NCBI GenBank assembly: GCA_023645945.1
Contig: JALAIB010000051.1
Coordinates: 1-40,040 of the forward strand
DNA length: 40,040 nucleotides
Direction of reading: 5' to 3'
Source: Diploschistes diacapsis
Taxonomy: Eukaryota
Below are positions 12,769 to 23,989 of the stretch, piece after piece. The notes beneath the pieces are model-generated. The model did no database searches and had not been told where the DNA came from. It saw only the letters and a list, made by a program, of their open reading frames with translations. A program made the translations under genes and the position numbers. Within the stretch, counting starts at the first letter, position 1. The number at the start of each line of letters is the position of its first letter.

Positions 12769-14466
12769 TCAAGGCCCGAACATGGCCGCCTGCACCCCCC
12801 TCCTCGGCCTCTTCGCCCTCACCTCGCTCACCTCCCTCTCCACCTGCTCGTCCTCGCCCTCCTCCTCGCCCTCATTCTTCTCCTTCTTCTTCCCCTTCCC
12901 CTTGCCCGCCTCCATCTCCTCCCTCTTCCTCTTGCTCTCGAGCCTCTTCCCCGCCAAGCGCATGCCCCACTCCTTCGGCTTCTCCTCCGGCGGCAGCATC
13001 TTCCAGCTCTCGAGGCCCAGCTCCGCCGCCCTGGCCTTCAGCTTCTGCAGCAGCGCCAGCCCCAGCCGCACCTCGTTGCTCATGCGATGGTTGTGCGCCC
13101 TGAAGGCCGTGCGGGGAAGAAGCCAGTCCGGGTTGTTGGGCGGGTGCACGCCGTCCGCGACGGCCACCCACGTGGTGTTCAGCCGGATCTGCTCGTCCGA
13201 CAGCGAGTCCAGGATCTCCAGCAGGCCCTTGGTCGGCCGGTCGGCGTACTTGCCGGACCAGTCGCGCACCCTCAGCGGGCCGCGCACGCGGCGGATGCGC
13301 CGGTTGTTGAGCGTGTTCAGCTCGTTGTGCGACTGCTTGGCCACCCAGCGCGGCTGGCGGCCGCGGAGGTCGTCGTACTTGACCCGGGGGTCCAGCCGGA
13401 AGAAGACCTCGATGGCGACTTCGGAGAGCTGCGAGGATAGGTAGCGGGGGAGGAACTTGATGTTGCGCAGAGGGATGCCGTTTCCCGGGTGGATGACGTT
13501 CCTGCCCTTCCGGTTCTTGAGGGCTGGCACGGGAACTCCGTGGAGATTGACAATGCCGGGAGACGGGTCGAGCATGCCGAGGATGGCCGGAGGAGTCTCG
13601 ACGCTCCAGTTCTGCTCTCCTTGGGTGAAGGAGCTGATATCCTCCGGATTCTCGGGGTCGAAGAAGCCCCCCTCGAGCCACTCGGCTGGATAGTGTAAAT
13701 CGAGACCAGGTATGTCCTTGATGGACGTCGGATACGACACGAGCGCCAGATCCTCGCTGATCTTTTCTATCTCTCGAGCCGACTTCTTGTTCAGTCCCAA
13801 GTGTGTGGTTGGGGAAGATACCTCGTACTGCGTAATGATGGTTTCGTTGCGACGGCGCCCTGGCACTGGTAGACTGGGAACCGTTATCGAATAGTCTGGG
13901 GTCTGTGCGGCGGTGAACTCAACAGGGCGGCGCCGTGGTATGGGTAAGTTCGGCCCGTCGCGTGGGTCACACGGCGTTGGATTGTCGTATGTATCAAACT
14001 GAATGTGCAGGTCGTCGTAAGAAGACGCTTGATCATAGTTTGGCTCATGGATCCTTGGCTGAGCTGGTATAGCAGACTCGGCATGCCAATATGGTGCTTC
14101 GGTTTGCGAGACAAATGCAACAGTGGCTGGATCGGCATATGATGACGTCGGTAGGGCATCCGCCCCACCAATAGCCTCGCTGTCAATGGATGCCATTATC
14201 TGTTCCCAAGACAGATGGTACTCATTAGCTTGCGAGTTCGCGATAGTGCCATTGGTGCGGTTGGGGTTCCGTACGTCTTGAACGGTCTGATCTCCGAACG
14301 TCTCACCCCAGTCAGTCAGGAGTTGCTGCGCAGAGCCCGATTGGCTCTCTTCTGGCGTCAACAGCCCTTGATCGGAACTACCCCCTGAGGCGAGGTCTAG
14401 AATGTCAGCCATATTGGCATCCTCCATGAATTCGAACGACTCACCGGTAGGAGCCGTGGAGTCCAT
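12769..14466 (-). CDS. Hypothetical 565-aa protein: acidic low-complexity N-half, folded-looking basic C-terminal domain, K/E-rich tail with NLS-like motifs
   Basis: Uninterrupted 1.7-kb ATG ORF with strong GC3 codon bias in its 3' half and a pyrimidine-rich leader on the coding strand. No family recognised. Confidence 0.75.
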   Translation of the reverse strand: MDSTAPTGESFEFMEDANMADILDLASGGSSDQGLLTPEESQSGSAQQLLTDWGETFGDQTVQDVRNPNRTNGTIANSQANEYHLSWEQIMASIDSEAIGGADALPTSSYADPATVAFVSQTEAPYWHAESAIPAQPRIHEPNYDQASSYDDLHIQFDTYDNPTPCDPRDGPNLPIPRRRPVEFTAAQTPDYSITVPSLPVPGRRRNETIITQYEVSSPTTHLGLNKKSAREIEKISEDLALVSYPTSIKDIPGLDLHYPAEWLEGGFFDPENPEDISSFTQGEQNWSVETPPAILGMLDPSPGIVNLHGVPVPALKNRKGRNVIHPGNGIPLRNIKFLPRYLSSQLSEVAIEVFFRLDPRVKYDDLRGRQPRWVAKQSHNELNTLNNRRIRRVRGPLRVRDWSGKYADRPTKGLLEILDSLSDEQIRLNTTWVAVADGVHPPNNPDWLLPRTAFRAHNHRMSNEVRLGLALLQKLKARAAELGLESWKMLPPEEKPKEWGMRLAGKRLESKRKREEMEAGKGKGKKKEKNEGEEEGEDEQVEREVSEVRAKRPRRGVQAAMFGP

Positions 14467-14948
14467 GGCCTATACCAAGGAGTTGAATGATTGAGGTGCT
14501 AGAGGTAAGAAGCTGAAGGCTTGATAGGAGGTTATGGGATAGAATAGGAGGGTGTGGGAATGACTAGTGGTAGAGAAGGAGGTATGATAGATGAGGATAA
14601 GGAGATAGAATGAGCGGGTAAGTAAGGTATATGCGTAGGAAGAGGAGAGAATGAGTACGAGGAGAATTGAAACAGGGAAGAGGAGCTTGAGGCTCTTAAA
14701 ACCCTCGAACTCGAGGACTCAAAGGGTTACAGGTCGTTTGGCTGTAGAGAAGGTTAACAGAACTTACCTTCAGGGGTTTGGCTATAGAGAAGCGTTAACA
14801 CGGCTTGAGTTTGGGGGCGCTTCACTCTAAACGACATTTGGTCGACGGTAGTGTTCAGTGATCCCACGCTGGAAAGCAACAGAAGTGCCTGGGGAGTGTC
14901 GAGATAAGTAGAGAAGAATGTCCAGCATGTCGAGGCACAACGCCTTTG

Positions 14949-15400
14949 TCAGTCTTTGTTGACACTGCTGAAAGACCAGTGTGCATTATCTCTTCCGATT
15001 TGCTCGAGGACAATGCCATTGTTAACCCGCATATTCCTGCAGGCAAGCCTTTGAAGCTGCTGCTGAGCTGCATCTGTCGCGCCTTTCCTTGTTGATGCAT
15101 CTCGAAGGTCAATGAGTTCATCAAGTACCGCATACCACTCGAATGCGAGGGCAAGAAAGAATAAAGGGAACTTCAATTGCATCACAACGGTATCGAGAAG
15201 AGAAATGTTTTGTCTTGTGCATAAAGAAAGCAGATGCTTCAAGCAGCGAAGAAGAGAATCCCATAGGTACGAGTCGAACGCCTCCAACATCTCTCCGGTT
15301 GATATGGATACCAAGCTGCCAAGCGCTTGATCTCGACAGTCCCTCGGCGAGCATCTCAAACCTTCAATTCTCTAGCGTGTGCATGGATCTGCGCAGACAT
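14949..15400 (-). pseudogene. Possible gene fragment (helical-looking 136-aa ORF lacking a clear ATG)
   Basis: ORF 14949-15359 (EMLEAFDSYLWDSLLRCLKHLL...FEWYAVLDELIDLRD) reads as protein-like but is flanked by stops. No family recognised. Confidence 0.3.
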
Positions 15401-17639
15401 AATATAGCTACAACCAGGGCCGAATCGAAACGTCCTCACCTACCTTTGGCGGGCTTTTGTTGACCATCTAGATACCTCAAGCGCAACCGCAATCAGATTC
15501 GAGTCCTTGGGGCCCGCCGTCGAGACAAAGAGGGTGAAGGGGACAGCCTGTCAGACCTAGTAAGAAACACCTCGAGTGGCCCGAGCTCCTCTACAATGCC
15601 CTCAAAGCATCGACAACGTCTTCTTACCATGCTTAAGGTGGACAAGCATCACCTTCAGAGCCGAGCGTCAAGTTCCTACCTTATCAGCCAGAAAACTCGA
15701 TTTGATCATGACGAGCGGCGTCTCAGCGGAGCATGACCCATGATCTTTAATTGCAAACCCTGAAAGGGTAGATACGAAGTAATTCGTGAAGAAGGTACTT
15801 CGTACTGAGCTCTTAACGTAGAGTAGATTTATAAAGGTCTATTGCTAAGCTTTTCGGGTTTAAGGCTTATTAACTCCGTAGTGAAACCATACTGGGGGGA
15901 CAACCGACCAGACAAGACTTTGGCTTTCACAATTTCATCATTCAACGGCAAGTAAGTCTTCAAAGGGGACAGTCAATGTATCGTTCACGAGAATTACGAT
16001 GGAGCCCGAGGTGAACAGGTTGGAGATGAATCATAATGTTGCGCGTGATGGCTTTAGCGGCACCAAGCGGTCGGGTTTGTTGATTGAGGCTTCAATGACA
16101 GAAGTCGTGGCACACCAAAACAAAGCTTGCTACAGTCACCACTTAATAATACCTTAAACGCATGTAAATAAATTGCGTTATATTTGAAAACAGACTCTTT
16201 AGTATCCGCAATTTTGCTTCATTGAAGATTATAAATGCTTCGTGAAAAAGAGTTAGAAATGAAGCATCACGAAGCATTACGTGTGAAATGGCTGGGCGTG
16301 GGACCTCTAGAAGATAACACAAGTACGGGGCCGAATTGACCTGAGTATTATCTGTGGCATCAGCGACGGCGGATTGCGGATTGCGGGAGGTAGAAGACTT
16401 GAGCGCCGTTGACGATCGTCTCGTCCATGCCTTGCACTGCAGTACATGTCGAGCAGAGGGCCAGGACCGGGGTCAATATCATGGAAGATTTGAGTGTACA
16501 GAAACTTTGAGCCTTATGAAAGTCTCTTATGCTTATCTATGACCAGACACATGAGCTTGGGTCGAGCCCACTGACTCGTCGTTTCTTTCTCTAGGACAGC
16601 CCTTTCATCCGGTCGCTGACCCTCGACCTTTTCCCATTTGGTCGGACCTTGGGCAACCCCTGATGTCTTCCTCGCCTCCGATAAAGTGCCTCTTCGCATA
16701 CGCTCGTCCCTTTTGTCGAAGTTCCCCTGGGCTCTCGTGCGCTAGTGGGTTCGCAAGCTTAGTATTTCTGTTTGACCGGAGCTTCTCTTTGGCATCGATG
16801 GGCTACTACGGCGTTTTTGAGCCTTGGAATGATTGCGAGTATCATGCTCGACGTGAGTGATCCATCTCAAGAAGGAATGCGGTCTAAGTTGGCCATGGTC
16901 ACGCACTATTCGAGAAAGCAGAGTGGAAAAAAAGTGTATTGCAGATACAAGTCTCTACGGTGGTCTCTCTACGTAGATTGAACGAAACAACCACCACCTC
17001 TCGAGGTTCAGGACATGGCATACATCAACTCTAGGAGGGCAGAAGCGATGGATAAGAAGGTTGAAGCCATTTTGCTGAAGACCCCAAGAATCCAAGAGAC
17101 GGCACAGCCTGCTAGGTGAGACCGAGCAGCTGATGGGAAAGTGCTAAGCTGGGTATTAGGAAGCAAGATGACGAAGCACCAGCGGACGCCGAACAGCTGC
17201 CGTTGTACAGAAAGACTGACATGCTCTGCCAGCCAATTCTACAACCCTTGAGCCCTAGCAAATCTGGAGCCGCTGACAGAAGCACAACCTTGAAGGAAAT
17301 ATTCCTTCTGTGAAGAGTACCGACATCTAGAGGCATGGATTACTGGAGTGACCAAAGCTGCTCAACGGTGATTGCTGGAAAGGGTAGATGTTGCGACCGT
17401 TGCAGCAGACAGTGTGGTATCGCGTGAAGTGACTACCAGTGGCTAGGTGCTTTCCGCTGTCAAACCGTTTCCAACTTCAATTCGGACTCCACCATCGGGT
17501 CCTTTTTTAAGCACCCTCGGCTGCTTTTAGCTTTTAGCCTCATGGGGAACGGCGTACTTGATATCGCCTGTATGCTTCCGTTACCGAAGGAAACACATGC
17601 ATATATAATCACGGGCTTCTTGGACATACTTGTCTCGAT

Positions 17640-20238
17640 GGAAGGCATAAATAGTCACACGCAAAGTTGGTCAATCCACTCAAACTAGTATATCCATATT
17701 GTTGCACAAGTCGGGCTCAACTGAAATTAACTTACAGAGCATGCTAACTAAGCGTTCCTACCCTCGACTTCAGCTCCCAAAGGGCGATTTCACACGCATG
17801 CTTTACGTCTCTCCTCCAATCTTGTTTAGCAAAAGAAAACATCTTATTCCCGGAGAAACATAGGACAGCTGTTGGCGACCCTGCTTTTTGCCCTTCCTAT
17901 GAAGCGTCAAGGGTGTCTTCTAATGTTTGTTTGCCCATTTCTACAAGACAAAATCTGATCCTGAACTCGACGCTTTTCTCCTCTGCCTCTTCTGCTGCCT
18001 TCTCGTTGATTTCCACGATTCCTTGCTTGGAGCCCAAAGCCCAGGCTTTGAGCACCTTAGCATTTTTTCCTAGCCTGCGAAGCTATTTATCGAAAGGGGT
18101 TTTCTTTGCTAGCTTTTACGCGCTTATGGTTATCGCCAGTTGTACGCTTTAGGAGTTCGTCAAAAACATTCATGTTCTTCCTCAGTACTAACTATGAATC
18201 CTTCAAGTATTGGCAATACCGTTCCTATCGATGGTGATGGATGATCGCCAGATCCCTAGCTAGTTTCTTCTCGGGATTTGTTCGCCCACCTCTCCATTGA
18301 AAACACGCACAGTCACGCGCTTGTTAGGCGACCAGCTTTTCTTCAAGCTTCGACCCACTGGTAACCAAGAACCGTCTGATATAGATACTCACAGTAACCA
18401 ACATCGCTTAACAGCGCTTCAGAGCTTCGATAGCGATAGCGTTGGGGACATCAACTGCAGGAACTTTGGCATCACTTTCATTCGGGATACTAAGAATGGA
18501 TGCTCCTTGAACACTGGTCGTATCCGGATTCTATCGTACATTATCACTATTTTGGATTAAACGGCATGCACCGAACAGTATTGACAGGCCCTAATCCAAG
18601 CAGATCTTGGGAACTTGTCTTTCGGTGCTCGCTTTCTGTGGCAATACTGCCCTCAGGAGTCATGCAGTCACCAATAGTGGCGGAGCGATCTGACATCTGA
18701 TCCTTGTTCATTGTGACAAAAGTTCTGTGAATGAAGGTGGTGAGTTGAGAGGTTGGAAAGCCAGGATAGGTAAGGAGCTCAGAGCGCTAAGTAATTCAAG
18801 CCTGCAAACACCGGACAAAAGAATAAAGAAAATGTTTGCATTTTTTGAAGTTTTTGCAGCATGTCATAAATTTTTGGATAACTGCCCTGTGGGAAAACTT
18901 GAGAGATGCGTGTTGAAGCGCTTACTAGGAGTGTCCGGCTTTTATCGGTTGCTGAAGCCCAAGTTGCTAGTCGTGCAAGCACTTGAGCGGAAATGTACTA
19001 AATCTAGGGATCTCTCAAGTTACGGCTTTGATCTGATACGGGAAAATATATATTAATAACAATGGCAGTTTTGTGGGTTTACTGAAGCTCTATTTGGTCT
19101 GGCTTTGATGAGTACGAGAATAAGGTTTGAGTTAGATGTACTAGCGGCACTTTACAACGAATACCTTTTTCCGACGAGGAACTGGATGATTAATATGAGG
19201 ACGGAACGGCGTAGGGTCATGGGGGAGCTTCAGAATCGTGTTATCTCAAACTGGAGAGTAACTTCCGGAACGGTCATCGTAGCATGCTCTCAGCTTTCCC
19301 TTGTTACAGTGCTCGCTGATTCTCCCCTCAACTCTAAACAAATTACCTCCACTGCCTTCAAAATCCCGATCTTCCAGCAGTAATGGAGGGAGACAACCGA
19401 GAACCCTGAAGCAAACCTTACGCATCGTTAAGAAAGCCAAGGGATTCCTCATCCAGAATCTCCGTCTCCAGATTCCCCAGCCTTGATTTGACCCTCCATT
19501 CAAACTTCTTCATACTAGTCTGTTCTGATGCCTCTTGATTGATTTTCGAGAGGTTTGCCTAAGATCTGAGATCTGACCTTTCAAGACTTGCCGATAGCGA
19601 CCTTCCCAGTGTTTGTAGTTAAGCTTCATAGCTTTTCCGAAGTAGTCACCTTTTTGGAGGCTCTGCTGAATTTCTCGTCCAAGATCAGAGACACTATCTT
19701 CAAGCTAGTCTTGCGACGCAGACCAGACCAGGTGTCGACGTTCGCAGCGCTCGTATTCAATCTCAGCTAACTCGTGGGCCAACCACTTGTTGAGATTCCT
19801 TGGGTCGTTCGCCGTTTCCGTTAGCAACTTGGCAGATATGTCTGAAAGTTTCAACGAGTTTCGCAAGAAGTTTGTCGCACTTTTCGTCCGCTTCAAAGAT
19901 GGCCTTAAATAGAACACCAGCAGTGAACCGATCAATTGCCACCCGACCTAGGCTTTCGACGGTTTTCCGGAACACAGTATCAAGGACATCGTAGCCAGGA
20001 ACCGGGCAGCGGCTGTGTGGTTGGGCAGGCTCCTTGCTGATCACAATGTTCCATTCATCATCCGGAATCTATCCAAGTCTTGTAAGAGATAGTATAAAAG
20101 ATACAACCGCCCCCTTAGCTCCTTCAGCACCTCTTTGGGTGCCTGGTCCTGCGAATTCATTTCCGTAGTCACACTCTCCGCCGGAGTCAAGTCGTCTATG
20201 CTGGTGGTGGAGAACTCTGAGATAAGCTCGTCATCCAT
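17640..20238 (-). pseudogene. Degenerate large gene; weak resemblance to fungal OTT_1508-like deaminase-domain proteins
   Basis: ORFs 20041-20319, 19705-19935 and 19246-19503 share one frame with only 4 internal stops over about 358 codons. Motif-like segments RFLATMSLILCSGK, KHACEIALWE (near 17800) and YTSLSGLTNFACDYL (near 17690). Confidence 0.5.
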
Positions 20239-21659
20239 CACTATAAGGTTGAGATTTGGTGTAACGAAGAACACCAGAATTAAGATTGAGAAGTTAAGTT
20301 GTAGCCGCATGCAATTCAAAAACTTAGCTGACGAATACGGACCTTTAAGCCAGAGTGGTAGTTTACGTACACCTGTTACAGAACACAGCTTTGGGGCGTT
20401 GTTGTTGTTGTTGTTAACGTGTAGGCGTAGAATCAGAGTGATCTACATATCTCTACACGGCCTGTTAGTCATACTGTAAGTCCTTGACTGTACTATGCTT
20501 CTTCCAAGCGCCGATACAAGCCTCATTATTATTTCAAAGCTTTGCATAGGAGACCATGCATCGTAATTAATGCTGCCACGTAGTTTCTAACTCTCGCTGT
20601 CACTAGCAAAAAGCAACAATTTAAGTTGACTTGCATCGATGCGGCAAGCAGAGCAAAGCGGCTTGAGTAGACAAAGCTTAGCTCAAGGGCTATAACCTAA
20701 GCGAATTGCCGAAACAGGTAAATCCTAACGCTAGACTGTTGTCTCGTTTCCTTCCGCTGCCTCCCACCTGCTAGGAAAACGCAACACCAGCACAACAAGG
20801 GTAGATGATGAAGAGCTTTAAAAGGCTCGGAAGGAGCGCTGGGACCTTTTGTGCATGACCAACGTTTCATCCAGGAACTGTAGAATCGCTTTAGAGACAC
20901 ATGTGGCGGACAAGCTGTGTTGAGCAGCGAGCAGGTGTCCTATTATGCCCCAGATCCCTGAAGTTGTCTAGATACTGATAGTTTTGAGCGATTCAAGCTC
21001 TGTTTTAGATGCCCAGGATTTGTAAAACGCCCATCAAGCGTGACATGGCCATGGGCATGATCCAGCTTATCGTAAATGTTCTCCATAATCGATTTTCCAA
21101 TTAGATGTTATTTCTTCAAGCGGTGGGCTGTGGTAGACTGGATTACTGGACGTGGATTTGGACCCTAAACATCAACAACCTCCCCGTTAACCCACCACTA
21201 CTTCCTTTCCAGAACCTAAGTCCATTCCTCAAAGAACCTAATTTTCTGACCTTTTTTATGATATTCCAATCTCTGTTATTACGTTCTGGTTCTTGTTCTT
21301 ATATTAGATCTACTTCCGAGCATCTGGATATACAATCAGAACTGTTGATCTTCTATCGCTAACAGTGTGACCGGACTGATTTAACTTGCAGATATCTCCA
21401 GACAAGAATGACTGTCAATTCAAGTTCGTTGGATGGCAACACATTCAAAGAATCAGGGTTCGGAAAGTCTTTTTGACCCTGCTTTTCTTCGGACTCGTAT
21501 ATCCTAGCTTGCCGTCATGAACTCTCAACTCGTGAGTCTTCTTTCTCTGTACTCCCACAATAATCTTCTCCTTCCTCATTCAAATGTCCTTGAACAGGTG
21601 GTCCGCTTTTTTAAGATAGCTGCAGAACAGATTGTCCGTTCCCTTTCGTTTTACTCCTA

Positions 21660-22255
21660 TGATACCGACAATGCTCTTAAGTTGATGTTCGAAAAATTCT
21701 ACTAGGGCTGTTGAGTTTATGGAGCTTTTATTCGTGGACACGTCGTATCATATCAATAACTCCCCAGCTGCTCGTACCCTTCTTCTCGTTCCTTGTCTGA
21801 TTCAGAAGCCGCGCACGGTCTTCAGCAGGCCTACGTAGAATAGAAGCTATTTAGATGGCCTCGTTCGCCCTTGCAAATACTTTAGGTCTTATATCTTTCT
21901 TAATCGCCCCGCTTCTGTGCAAATGGCTCAAAGTGGCCTGAAGAGAGTCAAAGGCGACGGCCAGCTCCCCTCTGTCAATACTATATCTGCAGCGTTTACT
22001 CTGTGGCACAGCATTCTTGTGGTATGAGAAACATTCTAAGCACGGTTAATTACTACGCATAAATAGTACGCTACTACATATCATTTGACGTGCATCTAAG
22101 CTGTCGAGTCCCTGAGTAGGAACAAAATCTTCAGAAGATACTTGAGGATGATGATCCGCAGTTCATGGAGTTGGAGTTTAACCGACATGGATTGAATCCT
22201 CCTCAGTAGTTTCGTCGGCCATAAGCGAAGAGTCATCGACTGTTCCAGACTGCAT
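21660..22255 (-). pseudogene. Possible degenerate gene with a Cys-rich segment
   Basis: A frame from ATG 22255 reads protein-like with 6 stops (5 TAA, 1 TGA) in about 200 codons. Contains PCLECFSYHKNAVPQSKRCRY. Stop depletion is modest. Confidence 0.25.
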
Positions 22256-22899
22256 TATCTGGATCGAAGCTTCTGTGCTCTTGCTTTCAATATTTACAAG
22301 GGGCTCGGGTGATATATCAATAGGAAGACCAACTGCTACTTGCGATCCAGATATGTGCCTTCAGCTCGTAAACGTGCGGCAACTTTATACGCGTTAGCTT
22401 ATTATCGCATAATAGCAGGTCATATAGTACGCTATGAAGCTATAGCGCGAAAATATCAACGTGCCTTTGTGTGTCGCGGATTCTTGCTTCTGCGCGGCTT
22501 GATCGCTTGGGTTTTCGAAGCTTTCTCCTTGACACTGTCTTGTGTTGTTTATGTGTAGCCATCAAGCTCTGACTTGTGGTGTGTTAGTAACAGTCAACCA
22601 CTTTCAGTAGCTACTGATCGCAAAAAGTTGGTTAACCTAACAAAAAGGTTTGAAGAGAAAACATGATGTACGCTGGAGGCAGGAGATAGCAGATCAGACC
22701 CCAATGATGGACCAAGAAATCAGGATTTAATTCCCAGAGCGCTTTAGGTATGAAAGTGCTCAAGGTAACTAACGCAAGTCTCTATAGCAAGAGCTGAGAG
22801 CTACTTTTAGAAACATTCTCGCTTAGCTTGGGCATTGCACTAGTTCCTTTTTCCATATAGATCTCTCCGTTATGGTATCTGTCCACTCACCTTCTCTTA

Positions 22900-23635
22900 G
22901 AAGCTGCACAAGAGCCCACAACCTCATGTATTACGAACATCATTTCCAATTATTTTTGCCTAAATATACCTTAAAGGAAATACTCGAAATCATTCAAACT
23001 ATTTACAACATTGGTTTTGTTTCCATTTGTGAGTCTATACTCCTAATGCCTTGACTGAAGTAGTTAGAACTTACCGATCTCAGAAATCAAGGCCGTGGTC
23101 TCTAATAGGGCTTGTTTTGGTTGATACCTAAAGCTCTTATAGCTAGTTTTGTTTTATGACTGGTCTGGACTAGATATGGAGGGTTCGTTCCTTGATCTGG
23201 GCTATATCGGTACTTGTTCGTTGCGGCCCTATCAAGCATATCTTATACCTTTCCCAGCGATTACCACCAGCTTGCTATGTCCTTTCGGCAGATCATGGAG
23301 CACTGTCCATTAGATATGTGAAACACTCTTCATTGATATAGCTTACTCAATACATTAAAGCTAAATGCAGTCTAATGGACTCTCTAGACCTCCAGTTTAT
23401 GGTAGAAATTAGGAAGGCCCGCAATCTGGGGTATGGAATTGCATCTTCTCCAATATCAAGCTGGTTAGAGCAAGCTCTGCATTCAAGCTCTCCAGGAAGA
23501 TTCTGATAGCTAAGTAACCCCTTCCAGCCATATATTCATACTGCCTCTGCCATATTCCTCCATGCCAAGATTGGAGAGCATCCGGAAGAGGTCAAAACTA
23601 GGCAAACTATTTTCTTTAGTTTCAGGCGGGCTCAT
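22900..23635 (-). pseudogene. Possible relic of a SAM (sterile alpha motif)-domain gene
   Basis: ATG 23635 gives MSPPETKENSLPSFDLFRMLSNLGMEEY...VT*LSES, then FLESLNAEL after a frameshift. Many stops follow. Confidence 0.25.
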
Positions 23636-23838
23636 TTGTATTGTGTCCTTGATAGGAAGTTGACGTTATATAGATCCCCCAACACCACGCGTGTAGAGTT
23701 GTACTCGCGGTGTGTCCAGTATTGGTGCTAATAAGTGGTTTTGTACTTGAGGAACTAGAGCATTACGCTTGATGAAGTTTATCCAAGGCGAATGTTATAT
23801 CAATAAGATTTTGAAAGGACCACAAATCAATTCCTCCA

Positions 23839-23859
23839 TGATGATGATGATGATGATGA
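23839..23859. repeat. (GAT)n microsatellite
   Basis: Direct reading tgatgatgatgatgatgatga. Confidence 0.85.
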
Positions 23860-23989
23860 AGGTCAAAAGGTGTTTTAAGTGTTATAAGGGCGCTTGATAT
23901 TCAGAAAGTGGTTACGATTCAGAAAAGTATGGTAAGAACCACAAGTCTGAACGCACTGCTAGCCGTACAATTCACAATGCTTCCAAGTT

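Noticed and set aside
12569..13698. Long overlapping ORFs (291 aa plus strand, 269 aa minus strand and others)
   Set aside because: Shadow frames expected from the high GC3 of the 565-aa gene; low-complexity translations.
15779..15997. Imperfect inverted pair GTAATTCGTGAA / TTCACGAGAATTAC as MITE ends
   Set aside because: Needs a 2-nt gap and has no target-site duplication; compatible with chance.
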